DNA of 64,000 bases from positions 1-64,000 of IMG/VR virus record IMGVR_UViG_3300031221_000001. One strand, written 5' to 3'. The notes beneath the pieces were generated by a model. That model saw only the letters and a list, made by a program, of their open reading frames with translations, was not told the origin of the DNA and searched no databases. Every line of letters starts with the position of its first letter. Position 1 is the stretch's first letter. Both the position numbers and the translations under genes were made by a program. The stretch comes from a virus. Shown here piece by piece: positions 10,448 through 19,432 of this stretch.

Positions 10448-11968
10448 ATGGGATTGAAATATCAGAAAATCGCAAAAAAACTTTCGTCAAAAATTCAAAA
10501 AGTACATGACGAAAATCCAGGAATAAGTGATAGGAAACTAGCAGTCAAGATAGTAGAGAGGTTCAACCTTGAAGTCACACCAGACTATTTACGAGCAGTG
10601 ATCCGTACATGGAAGGCTTTGGTTCAACAAAATAAAACTGATGAACTAGAAGAGGAATCTAAATCACAGCCTGTAAAAGAAAAAACAGGACTGGAGCTCA
10701 GAGACAATTATGTGATCAATTGGAGTGACAAAACAATGGTCACTGATTTAGGAGTTTTCGGAAGCTATATATGTTCAATTGATCGTCACATGATGATTCA
10801 AAGAAAATATGTATACGATGATGGGAACGAGACAGCAGCGATAGTTGCAATGGAATTTGACTTTGCACATACGAAAGCTGTTTATGTATATGCACGGATT
10901 CACGGATTCTCTAAAGCATCTCCTCCACAAACAGACATCGAATTTGAATTAGGAAAATCTGTAAATGAATCTGTAGAGGAAAATATTCAAACAATCAAGC
11001 GCAATGTGTATAAAAAGACACAGAAGCGTAAATGGAAGGAGACAGTAGATGCTGCAGATAAGTGGTGGAATTTAGAAGACACAGTCATCGAAGCAATCAA
11101 AGCTCTATCATTTGAGCTTCAATCAGAAAACGTCGAGAGCTTACAATTTGTGATTCCAGATTCAGACTATAAATTTGCTGCATTTGTAGGAATAACAGAT
11201 GCGCACTATCTCAAACTGTGCTACAATCACTCAGGAGAGGTTATGTACAATAAAGAGATTGCTAAGAAACGAATTCAAGATCACGTACAGAGATTAGCTA
11301 CAGAGGCTTCGAGATATGGTAGGCCTGAAAGATTTTACGTTACTTGTGGAAATGACAATATTCATGTAGACGGAATGCATCATTCTACCACCAAATTAAC
11401 TCCTCAACATCAAGCTACAGATGGCCTTTGGAGACTAGAATTGAAGAACTATATCAAAATTCAAATTGATTTAATTAACTATTACAAACAGATAGCTCCA
11501 GTAACAGTTCTTCCAGTGAAAGGAAATCACGATTATGAAACTTCAATAGCTGTTCAAGCCTTCATGGAAGTCTATTTCGAAAAGGATCCTTTAGTAGAAG
11601 TGCAAATTTGTCATGACGCAAGAGTGTACATTCAATATCACAAAGTATGTATGATAGCAACTCATGGAGACGAGCTGGGTAGTGTCAAGAACTTAGAAAG
11701 TCAGGCACATAAATTAATTATGGGAGAGGCTAAGGATCAAGGAATTGATGTGATGGAGGTGGAATACTATATACTATTTCATGGACACGAGCATGTTGGA
11801 AGTTCAAGAGATCTCAATGGAAGAGTGCAAAGAATTGGATTATCGTCTTTGTCAGGAATAGACGATTGGTGGCACAAAGAAAAAGGATTTGTTGGAAGAC
11901 AGCCAGAAAGTCAATTGATAATTGTTGATAAAAATACGGGAAGAAAGGCGATATTGTACGTTCAATAA
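10448..11968 (+). CDS. calcineurin-like metallophosphoesterase with N-terminal extension
   Basis: DAH, GND, GNHD, THGD and GHEH motifs; start moved to 10448 because the longer ORF runs through the terminator. Confidence 0.8.
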   Translation: MGLKYQKIAKKLSSKIQKVHDENPGISDRKLAVKIVERFNLEVTPDYLRAVIRTWKALVQQNKTDELEEESKSQPVKEKTGLELRDNYVINWSDKTMVTDLGVFGSYICSIDRHMMIQRKYVYDDGNETAAIVAMEFDFAHTKAVYVYARIHGFSKASPPQTDIEFELGKSVNESVEENIQTIKRNVYKKTQKRKWKETVDAADKWWNLEDTVIEAIKALSFELQSENVESLQFVIPDSDYKFAAFVGITDAHYLKLCYNHSGEVMYNKEIAKKRIQDHVQRLATEASRYGRPERFYVTCGNDNIHVDGMHHSTTKLTPQHQATDGLWRLELKNYIKIQIDLINYYKQIAPVTVLPVKGNHDYETSIAVQAFMEVYFEKDPLVEVQICHDARVYIQYHKVCMIATHGDELGSVKNLESQAHKLIMGEAKDQGIDVMEVEYYILFHGHEHVGSSRDLNGRVQRIGLSSLSGIDDWWHKEKGFVGRQPESQLIIVDKNTGRKAILYVQ

Positions 11969-11980
11969 AAATTAAAGATC

Positions 11981-12166
11981 ATGGAATTGAAAGACTTTTT
12001 AAAAACAACAGAAGCTTTAGTAGTACTGTTAGGACTGTTCTTGGCTGTAGTGTTAGGAAAGTTCTGGGCAATCGCAACAGCGATCGTTTATGTATTGATT
12101 AATGTACCTAAACTATGGGACAAGTTAAAGCAACTCTACAAAGACAAAGTCAAAAACCGACAGTAG
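11981..12166 (+). CDS. small membrane protein
   Basis: Hydrophobic core, basic tail. Confidence 0.6.
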   Translation: MELKDFLKTTEALVVLLGLFLAVVLGKFWAIATAIVYVLINVPKLWDKLKQLYKDKVKNRQ

Positions 12167-12167
12167 T

Positions 12168-12524
12168 ATGGAATTGACAATCACCTTAGTGATGCTTGCA
12201 GCAATATCGTTCATTCAAAACATGGCATTCACTTTCACAAGTAGAAGTAGAAATTCTGGAGATCCAAGCTATCACAGAAAGGCTGCGTGGGGAAGTAATG
12301 GAATTTGGCTATTGAATCAAATCTTTTTAGTCAAGATAGTTTGGGAGCCTGTAATGAATGGAGACTGGCTACAAGTAACTTTAGCAGCAATCGTATATAT
12401 CGCATTTACCACAGAAGGTAGTGTGTATATGATGAAATTGATGCTCGGACACATCACCAAAGGAGCTTTAGCTAAATTATTCAAAGAAAAAGGTAGTAGA
12501 AAAGTTGGTGCAGACAAGAAGTAA
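12168..12524 (+). CDS. multi-TM membrane protein
   Basis: Three hydrophobic segments. Confidence 0.65.
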   Translation: MELTITLVMLAAISFIQNMAFTFTSRSRNSGDPSYHRKAAWGSNGIWLLNQIFLVKIVWEPVMNGDWLQVTLAAIVYIAFTTEGSVYMMKLMLGHITKGALAKLFKEKGSRKVGADKK

Positions 12525-12742
12525 TGCCAAGGAAAGTCACATACATAACTGTTCGATATAGATTGACTGGAGAGATCTACTATCAGCCATGTGACATAGA
12601 CATTCCTTTAAATCTTGATCAAGACGATCAGACACTATCAGATCACTGTCACAATGTAATGGCAACTAGATTTAGAAATAAGCTAGTTGCTTTTTTCATT
12701 TACAGAAAACGATATTCAAAGCGTTGCAAGAAAGATGTGTAG
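12524..12742 (+). CDS. hypothetical protein
   Basis: Coupled ORF. Confidence 0.5.
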   Translation: MPRKVTYITVRYRLTGEIYYQPCDIDIPLNLDQDDQTLSDHCHNVMATRFRNKLVAFFIYRKRYSKRCKKDV

Positions 12743-12754
12743 GTAGTATCTTTA
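12724..12754 (+). promoter_or_regulatory. promoter TTG-N20-TATCTTTA
   Basis: Copy of the recurrent motif. Confidence 0.7.
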
Positions 12755-12772
12755 TTTTTAAATACTAAAAGA

Positions 12773-13072
12773 ATGGATAATAATTTACTACAGAAAGGAC
12801 AGCAGATTATTGATAGCTGTGAAACACAAGATCATTTCAACACGTCACTTAAATGGATTGAATTGGTTGGAAGAATAGACGTACACGTAGCAATCTTTTT
12901 ACTCAAATCAACAAGGCAAAGAATCAGAGCTCTTCGAAGAGAAGATTTTTCGAGATCAGAATACATGCTTACGATATCGTTGATGATAGAGATTCAGTTT
13001 CTAATCGACAGTCTCAAAAATCGACAATCTGTCGATCTTAAATGGAGCCAAGCTTTGTCATTACACAATTGA
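12773..13072 (+). CDS. hypothetical protein
   Basis: ORF downstream of the promoter. Confidence 0.55.
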   Translation: MDNNLLQKGQQIIDSCETQDHFNTSLKWIELVGRIDVHVAIFLLKSTRQRIRALRREDFSRSEYMLTISLMIEIQFLIDSLKNRQSVDLKWSQALSLHN

Positions 13073-13097
13073 TTAATAAAACCCACAAAATATTCAA

Positions 13098-14036
13098 ATG
13101 ATAAATGCAGAAATCATTGCTGATAGCAAGAACACTATCACTGAAGAAAGAATCACAACATTTATAGTTAGATTTCCAAGAATAGTTCTTGCAGAACTGA
13201 ACACACACAGAAATTTCAGTAGAAATAGCGCAAGTAGTAGGGCGATACCTTTCGATAAAATGTTAGATCAAGTAATCGAAGATCCTTTTGTACCAATTAG
13301 ATTTCACAGAGATCATAAAGGAATGCAAGGCTCAGCATACTTGACAGGAGAAGAGCATCAACTAGCAACCAATCGGTGGTTGAGTTCTAGAGACAAAGTG
13401 GTAGAGCAAGCAACCCTACTCAATAAGAATCTTAACGTAACCAAACAGCTTTGCAATAGACTATTAGAACCATACATGTGGCATACAGCGATAATCACTG
13501 CAACTGAATGGGAAAATTTCTTTGCTCTCAGAGCTCATCCAGCAGCAGAAATTCACATAGCTAAATTAGCAGAGAAGATGTTGGAAGCGTACAATAGAAG
13601 TATTCCTAAAAATCTATGCCCTGGACAATGGCACATTCCGTTCGCAGAGAAGATGTATAGATGGCGGCTTTTAGACCTAGTAAAGGTTGATGCTGATGGA
13701 GACAAGATGTTTACTCCTGACATTGAACAATCTTTGAAAGTTAAGATTGCAACTGCAAGATGTGCTCGAGTTTCCTATTTGAATTTTGAAGGAAAAGACG
13801 ACTATGAAGCAGACATTAAACTACACGATTCGTTAGCTAAAATGGGACATTGGAGTCCATTTGAACACTGTGCTCGAACAATGAATAGTGACGAATACTA
13901 TCCATACGCTCACGTAGAAGGACTAAGAGATGCAGACCGAATAGAGGGATGGAGTGGAAACCTAAAAGGATTCGTACAATATAGAAAGATGTTCAAACAT
14001 GAATCAAAAAAAGATTCAAGAATTATTGTCAAATAG
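13098..14036 (+). CDS. thyX: FAD-dependent thymidylate synthase
   Basis: ELNTHRNFSRNSASSRAIP, ARCARVSY, HWSPFEH. Confidence 0.9.
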   Translation: MINAEIIADSKNTITEERITTFIVRFPRIVLAELNTHRNFSRNSASSRAIPFDKMLDQVIEDPFVPIRFHRDHKGMQGSAYLTGEEHQLATNRWLSSRDKVVEQATLLNKNLNVTKQLCNRLLEPYMWHTAIITATEWENFFALRAHPAAEIHIAKLAEKMLEAYNRSIPKNLCPGQWHIPFAEKMYRWRLLDLVKVDADGDKMFTPDIEQSLKVKIATARCARVSYLNFEGKDDYEADIKLHDSLAKMGHWSPFEHCARTMNSDEYYPYAHVEGLRDADRIEGWSGNLKGFVQYRKMFKHESKKDSRIIVK

Positions 14037-14124
14037 GCTGCTCACTAAAATCTGTAAACTGACAACGAGAGACATCTTAATTGGGTATCTTCACAAACCT
14101 CAATGAATAAACAGAGAAGGAACA

Positions 14125-15291
14125 ATGGCAGACAGATACACCGACATAGAGAAGCAAGTAGAACAGATAGTCGACAACCAAGACGATAAGTCAATTACGG
14201 TACCTGATACGGTCAAAGATCAGGTAGCTTATAAGAGGTACGTTAAGCTAAAAGATGCAAAGTCTTTACAGAGAGATAACCGCATGATTACTACTAGTGA
14301 CGTCAATCTAACGATAGATCCAATAGGGAACCTAAGTAGGACAGAAAAGCTAATAGTACACTTGCCAAGCGATGAGCAAGATACCATACTAAAAAGGTGC
14401 AAAGCAATAAAGGTGATCTATCTAAAAGTAGGTGCCTTAAAGCTCAAAGCGTATGGTATGAAGCGTCCCAGGTACCATCACACACTACAGATGGGACTTC
14501 TTGATGAACGCAAAAGCGAGTTGATAGAATACTATGGCAGGATGCTAACGACGAAGGAGGTGCATAAGATCATCACTGTCGAATGGGGTTATGAGGTGGC
14601 TATTGAAACGTTGAGAAAGTTCAAGAAAACATACATTGACAAGATTAAGGATCGACAGGAACACTTTCAAAGGGACTTTAATGACATTAGGTTAGGTCAC
14701 AAGAAGGGACGTTTGGAAGAGCTTGTGTGGATGTACAATAGTAGAAAGCAAAAGTATGAGGATACAGAAACCAAGACTGACTATCAGTTAATGCTTCAAA
14801 CGTTAAGAGCAATACGAGATGAGGTGGAAGACAAGTCCCTACGCATTGATCACAACATTAATGCAAAGCTTGAAATAACGGTTAACAATCACATTCAAAC
14901 CGAGATAATGAAGGGGTTAACGATAAACGACATAATCATTGCAAGGGTTGCTGCGAGAATGAATATTAATCCACGATTCCTCATAACAAGACTTCACAAT
15001 AGTGCGTATGCGAAACATAGCGGATTCATTCGTCCAGATAGTGACCTAGATAAACAAGACGTCACTTACCCTTCTTCAATAGTATACAATTGGGACAAGA
15101 TTGAAAAGCAACACAAGAAGTATGGCGATGTTGGCCTGGACGAGGCTGAATGGGAAGAGGTGACTGAGCCAGAAAAGCAAAGAGCAGGAGACTTAAAAGA
15201 TGTACTACTCGCTAAGATATTGGACAAAAAAAGTGATCTTTCGACAGCAAAACAAAGAATCGTTAAAAATAGCGATCCTAAGAAAGAATAG
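14125..15291 (+). CDS. hypothetical protein, possibly terminase small subunit-like (DUF2280-like segment)
   Basis: HTH-like segment followed by RQEHFQRDFNDIRLGHKKGRLEEL; functional call is weak. Confidence 0.4.
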   Translation: MADRYTDIEKQVEQIVDNQDDKSITVPDTVKDQVAYKRYVKLKDAKSLQRDNRMITTSDVNLTIDPIGNLSRTEKLIVHLPSDEQDTILKRCKAIKVIYLKVGALKLKAYGMKRPRYHHTLQMGLLDERKSELIEYYGRMLTTKEVHKIITVEWGYEVAIETLRKFKKTYIDKIKDRQEHFQRDFNDIRLGHKKGRLEELVWMYNSRKQKYEDTETKTDYQLMLQTLRAIRDEVEDKSLRIDHNINAKLEITVNNHIQTEIMKGLTINDIIIARVAARMNINPRFLITRLHNSAYAKHSGFIRPDSDLDKQDVTYPSSIVYNWDKIEKQHKKYGDVGLDEAEWEEVTEPEKQRAGDLKDVLLAKILDKKSDLSTAKQRIVKNSDPKKE

Positions 15292-15335
15292 GCTACTCAA
15301 TAGATGGATTTTAGGCATTTTAGAAAAACATAATT

Positions 15336-15851
15336 ATGGAAGACGTCACAAAAGCAATACAAGAGAGAAGGGCCAAAATGAAAAGCAATCTAGCTTCACA
15401 ATTTGAGCCATCTCCTCACGAACAGTATTTACGAAAAAAGAAAGCTGAAGAAGCAAAGCCTAAACAAGACGATACAGTAATCAAAGCAATCGAACAAGTT
15501 TTGATGGGAGAAGATGATCTATTGGTCAAGGGACGAGCGCTTCCAGTAGGTACGATCAAAAAGAGAGGACCGAACAGTTTCATCAAGACAGCAAGTGGTT
15601 GGAAGTATCATGGTAGAGCTAATGAAAAGCAAAGTAGTTCGTCAAGTGAAGACAAGTCAATGACTAGAATTCAGATGGTAGAAAAATTGAACCATTTACA
15701 ACAAACTCGAGACGACTTCTACAATAGAGGATTCGACGACCAAGGAAAGAGGGTTCAGAAAGACATAGATAAGCTAGGAAAGAAAATGAAGGAGAGTGAA
15801 TCAACACTTAGAGAAGTTCTAGCAGATAAGGATGCAAAAAAGACTGATTGA
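15336..15851 (+). CDS. putative virion internal (cargo) protein
   Basis: VTKAI/VIKAI/LVKGR sites followed by ALPVGTIKKRG..FIKTASGW, similar to a segment of ORF 38902. Confidence 0.5.
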   Translation: MEDVTKAIQERRAKMKSNLASQFEPSPHEQYLRKKKAEEAKPKQDDTVIKAIEQVLMGEDDLLVKGRALPVGTIKKRGPNSFIKTASGWKYHGRANEKQSSSSSEDKSMTRIQMVEKLNHLQQTRDDFYNRGFDDQGKRVQKDIDKLGKKMKESESTLREVLADKDAKKTD

Positions 15852-15933
15852 ATCTGTAGAAGAGCGTAACAGATATTAATAACGGCACAATTCAAGTATT
15901 TGCTGTGTCAGATCAATTCACAAATCTAAAACA

Positions 15934-16572
15934 ATGATCACAACAGACGAACAGGCGTGGGAAACGTGCTCTTTGAAAGACAAGTGGGTATTCAACAAGT
16001 TAGAAGTTGCAATGAGAACGGGATTGAAGTGCGGTTTGAGAGAAATTCCTGTATTTATGAAAGGACAGTACATTATTCGACCAGTATACAACCTAAACGG
16101 ACTGAGTCGAGGAACGAAAGACAGATACCTCACTCCAAAAACTACAGAATTCAACGTTCCGTTAGGACATTTTTGGAGTGAAAAGCTACAAGGAGAGCAC
16201 TTATCGGTAGATTATGTGTTCGGAACGCCTGTATTGACAGTGGTTGGAAAGAAGTTTAAGAACAGCCTATCACTATTCGATTCATGGACAAAGATATCTA
16301 GCGAGAAAGCGCCACAATTGCCAGACTTCTTGTACGATTTGACAACAAGACATTCAGTGATTAATGTCGAATTCATAAACAACATACCGATAGAAGTGCA
16401 TTTAAGGCCTAACCCAGACTTCACCAATCACAACTACAACAAATTGATTACAGTATTCAGTCCATTAGAAGCTGATCTAAGCAATCCTGATTTTATCGAA
16501 GATAAAGCGACTGTACATGGACAAGATGGCCAGAAATTCACTAGATACGGATTTATTGGAAGTGATGAGTAG
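15934..16572 (+). CDS. conserved phage protein, possible ATP-grasp-like fold
   Basis: WVFNKL, YIIRPVYNL.G, FWSEKLQGEHLSVDY, INVEFI..IPIEVHLRPNPDF. Confidence 0.5.
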   Translation: MITTDEQAWETCSLKDKWVFNKLEVAMRTGLKCGLREIPVFMKGQYIIRPVYNLNGLSRGTKDRYLTPKTTEFNVPLGHFWSEKLQGEHLSVDYVFGTPVLTVVGKKFKNSLSLFDSWTKISSEKAPQLPDFLYDLTTRHSVINVEFINNIPIEVHLRPNPDFTNHNYNKLITVFSPLEADLSNPDFIEDKATVHGQDGQKFTRYGFIGSDE

Positions 16573-16615
16573 GTTATAGAGAGCAACCTAAACCTTTTCT
16601 GTGTATCTTTGCAGC

Positions 16616-17059
16616 ATGAATCTGATAACAAAGGACATAGAAAAGGCAATTGTTCAGTTCGAACATAGAGCTCCAATAAGATCTTTACGAACTAGTGCGA
16701 TATATCCAAACCACGAATGCGATGCTCTAGTAATTACCAATAGCAATTATGCAGTTGAGTATGAAATAAAGATTTCTAGAGGAGACTTCTTCGCAGACTT
16801 CAAGAAGAAGAAGCATAAATCGATGAGGCGGAATGATGGAGGCAAGATTAGTCGTTTCTACTACGTAATGCCAAAGGACATGGTCTCACTAGACGATATT
16901 CCTCAATATGCTGGACTAATTTACGTTGACAAATCACTGGAGTGCTCAATAATCAAACCAGCACCAAGACTTAGGTGCGAAAAGGTTAGTGATAAGGACA
17001 TAAACCGAGTGTACAGATCAATCATGTTTAGGTGGTTAAAGGATCAGTCAGAAAAATAA
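16616..17059 (+). CDS. PD-(D/E)XK nuclease, MmcB-like
   Basis: ECDALVI...EYEIKISRGDFFADFKK, FYYVMP, YAGLI. Confidence 0.75.
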   Translation: MNLITKDIEKAIVQFEHRAPIRSLRTSAIYPNHECDALVITNSNYAVEYEIKISRGDFFADFKKKKHKSMRRNDGGKISRFYYVMPKDMVSLDDIPQYAGLIYVDKSLECSIIKPAPRLRCEKVSDKDINRVYRSIMFRWLKDQSEK

Positions 17060-17071
17060 TTTCAGTAACGG

Positions 17072-17102
17072 TTGCTTTAAAGATATCTTTAGAGTATCTT
17101 TG
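17072..17102 (+). promoter_or_regulatory. promoter TTG-N20-TATCTTTG upstream of the cassette array
   Basis: Perfect -7 TAnnTTTG; leader TGTCATAAGACA is shared with the 20760 promoter. Confidence 0.8.
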
Positions 17103-17120
17103 TTATGTCATAAGACAATT

Positions 17121-17306
17121 ATGAAAACAATACTATTTTTACAAGGTCGTGGCCCAGACAAATGGACGCCAGCGTGTGACAATCCGAATCCTCCATTTTG
17201 GTGTGATGAACAAGTAGAACCAGGAGCGCCAATTGATCAATATATCTTATGCCTTCTTATTATTGCAGTTCTCCTTGGAATTTATATTATATGGAAAGAT
17301 AAATAA
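17121..17306 (+). CDS. small protein with PID-CTERM-like sorting signal
   Basis: Pro-rich stretch, then APID, a TM helix and KDK. Confidence 0.55.
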   Translation: MKTILFLQGRGPDKWTPACDNPNPPFWCDEQVEPGAPIDQYILCLLIIAVLLGIYIIWKDK

Positions 17307-17309
17307 GTG

Positions 17310-17522
17310 ATGAAGCTAAAAGAATTTAAACAACAAATTGAACAACATTTTATACTGAGAAATTTGACAAGCACTTATGCGAATGCACGGGCACAATTGC
17401 ATTAAATAAAGGCGATAGATTTACAGACAAAAAAAGGTAATGTATATGAAGTTGTTTGGAACTTATTTAATGTAACAGATATGATAATGGTTTATCACGG
17501 TAAATTAATAGTGGGAGCTTAA
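17310..17522 (+). pseudogene. interrupted ORF ending at the first attC-like site
   Basis: 71 codons with an internal TAA at 17403-17405. Confidence 0.45.
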
Positions 17523-17660
17523 TGCACCCTAACGGTTTGTATAAGGTACGTTGCGACCTTGAATTAAGCGACAAAACTAATCAATAAATAGAAATTATGA
17601 GTAAAGAAATAAGTAACCAAAAATATAAAAAGCAATGGACTTTATACGGTATTCTGCAAC
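17523..17660 (+). repeat. attC-like site 1
   Basis: CCCTAAC, arm GTATAAGGTACGTTGC (17539-54) / GCAATGGACTTTATAC (17632-47), degenerate core ATTCTGCAAC. Confidence 0.65.
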
Positions 17661-17815
17661 GTTATTTTTTTATTAGTTGGCATAAATATTGGAAAGGAAT
17701 TTACATTCACTTACCTAGAGTAACGCACCGATTTTACCTTAATAAGCGATGGATATTTAAACACGATAAATATTCAAATGTAGGTTCAAGAATATCACAA
17801 AAATTAGGTGTGTAA
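17597..17815 (+). CDS. cassette ORF A (starts inside site 1)
   Basis: 72 aa; stop abuts site 2. Confidence 0.55.
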   Translation: MSKEISNQKYKKQWTLYGILQRYFFISWHKYWKGIYIHLPRVTHRFYLNKRWIFKHDKYSNVGSRISQKLGV

Positions 17816-17816
17816 T

Positions 17817-17952
17817 GTTGCATAACGTGTTGTATATGGTTTGTAGGCATAGACAAGAGCTAACTTTAGATTAAGCACCTACTTAAAGAATAGAAAATAA
17901 ATATTGAATTATTAACTAAATTGCCTATAAATTATATACTTTGTTAGGCAAC
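17817..17952 (+). repeat. attC-like site 2
   Basis: GTTGCATAAC, arm GTATATGGTTTGTAGGCA (17832-49) / TGCCTATAAATTATATAC (17922-39), core GTTAGGCAAC. Confidence 0.8.
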
Positions 17953-17967
17953 GTAAATTAGATAAAA

Positions 17968-18189
17968 ATGAGTAAAGATAAAATTAACATTACAGCAGAC
18001 CAATTAGAAACCATAGAACATTACCAGCGAATGTTTAGACTTAATTCTGAAACAATACAAGGCTTGTGTAGTGAAGAGCAAGACGATGTTGTCTATGGTT
18101 TTGAATTAGGAAAGATGCACTCACATTTAGAAGAATGCTTTATGGGAATGATGAAGTTAACTGATGAGATTAGGTCTAATAACAGTTAG
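17968..18189 (+). CDS. cassette ORF B
   Basis: 73 aa between sites 2 and 3. Confidence 0.65.
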   Translation: MSKDKINITADQLETIEHYQRMFRLNSETIQGLCSEEQDDVVYGFELGKMHSHLEECFMGMMKLTDEIRSNNS

Positions 18190-18196
18190 GTATTAT

Positions 18197-18338
18197 GTTG
18201 CTTAACGGACGAGTATATGGCAAGTTGCTTATTAATAAATAAAACAAAAACTTTGAATATGATTACAAAATATATAAATACTTGGAGACTTAAAAAATGG
18301 CAAAGTAATTTGCTATATACATTGTTAGGGTTAGTTTA
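18197..18338 (+). repeat. attC-like site 3
   Basis: GTTGCTTAAC, arm GTATATGGCAAGTTGCTT (18213-30) / AAGTAATTTGCTATATAC (18303-20), core GTTAGGG. Confidence 0.8.
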
Positions 18339-18498
18339 CTCTACAAAGATTGTAAAAGGTGACAAAATTAGATGTTATGGAATAGGCTACCCTCATTGGA
18401 AAGGTGAAGAGTTTGAATGTACACTTGACTTTAAAGATGGAACAATAGGTGTAAGAAATGCAGTAAGGGTATCCGAGAAAGATTTTAGGAAACTATAA
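18259..18498 (+). CDS. cassette ORF C (starts inside site 3)
   Basis: Probable start MITKY (alternative 18217); stop overlaps the left end of site 4. Confidence 0.55.
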   Translation: MITKYINTWRLKKWQSNLLYTLLGLVYSTKIVKGDKIRCYGIGYPHWKGEEFECTLDFKDGTIGVRNAVRVSEKDFRKL

Positions 18499-18644
18499 AT
18501 TAACCCTAACGGGATGCAAATAAATAAAGTACGACTATGAAAACACTAAATGACATTTTAACAAAACTCAAATTCGACAAGGAATCAAGCCCAATTGAAG
18601 CACATAATCAAGTATTGGATTTATTTGCTGTTAGTGGCTGGCTC
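18496..18644 (+). repeat. attC-like site 4
   Basis: TAACCCTAAC, arm GCAAATAAAT (18516-25) / ATTTATTTGC (18619-28), core GTTAGTGG. Confidence 0.7.
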
Positions 18645-18779
18645 GAATTTGAAGGTAACGAATCAATCTTTAATGAATATGCAAAACGCAATTGTCTTTG
18701 TAAATTCGATGATGGAACTGAATGCAGGTATGAGGATGAACACCCAATAGCATTACTCACTCACTTTAGATGTAAGTAG
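18537..18779 (+). CDS. cassette ORF D (starts inside site 4)
   Basis: 80 aa; stop abuts the half site GAGCTTGCTACTAAC. Confidence 0.6.
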   Translation: MKTLNDILTKLKFDKESSPIEAHNQVLDLFAVSGWLEFEGNESIFNEYAKRNCLCKFDDGTECRYEDEHPIALLTHFRCK

Positions 18780-18971
18780 AGCTTGCTACTAACAAAACCA
18801 TGAATGAAATTGATAAATTACTAAAAAGCTCAAGCAAGATCAAAATATCCTATTGGAGAACTTCAGGGAAGAGGTTTTAAGAATCCAATCAGGACAGCAA
18901 ACAATCGACGTAAGTAACGTGGAGAAAGAAGGATTTGTAATTACTGCATCAGCGGGATCATTTGCATTCGT

Positions 18972-19187
18972 ATGATAAGAATTTACAAGAAGACTCAAGT
19001 CAGTCACACACATAGCGCTTATTTAATGGTCAACGATAAGAATGGTCAAGCAATCGAATCACTATGTACTGAAGATGAGATCGAAAAGTTGAAGAATATT
19101 CTACCATGCACTGAAGTTAGTGAGAGACCAAACAACTTTACCAAACTACCAAAATCAGAAGAAGAGGAATTTTTCATAAACGCATAA
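18972..19187 (+). CDS. hypothetical protein
   Basis: ORF. Confidence 0.5.
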   Translation: MIRIYKKTQVSHTHSAYLMVNDKNGQAIESLCTEDEIEKLKNILPCTEVSERPNNFTKLPKSEEEEFFINA

Positions 19188-19189
19188 AG

Positions 19190-19432
19190 ATGGATTATTA
19201 ATATTGGAAAGCACTGGGAATTTTAGGTCACGCAAACTCAGGAACTGCTCAAGTAGCGAATCAAATGGCTGAAAGAGGAATAAACATCGTATCAGAAGAG
19301 TCCACCACACTCCGTATAGCGAACTGTGCATATTTCAATCAGTCATATATAATAGATCCTCAAATCAAACAAAGTAGACGTGAGAGGAGGGCTGAACAGA
19401 GACGATTAAAAAGTTGCATAAAAGATAATTAG
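19190..19432 (+). pseudogene. ORF with a premature TAA at codon 4
   Basis: ATG GAT TAT TAA, then an open frame (ILGHANSG...SRRERRAEQR) to the TAG at 19430-32. Confidence 0.35.

Larger units (their letters stand above)
17523..18793 (+). mobile_element. integron-like gene-cassette array without integrase (4 complete attC-like sites and 1 half site)
   Basis: TAAC...GTTA-bounded hairpins; each cassette's start is complementary to its own end. Confidence 0.75.

Noticed and set aside
17523-18793. CRISPR array or REP-type repeats
   Set aside because: The units are not direct repeats, their sequences differ, and the intervals are whole ORFs of about 300-380 bp.
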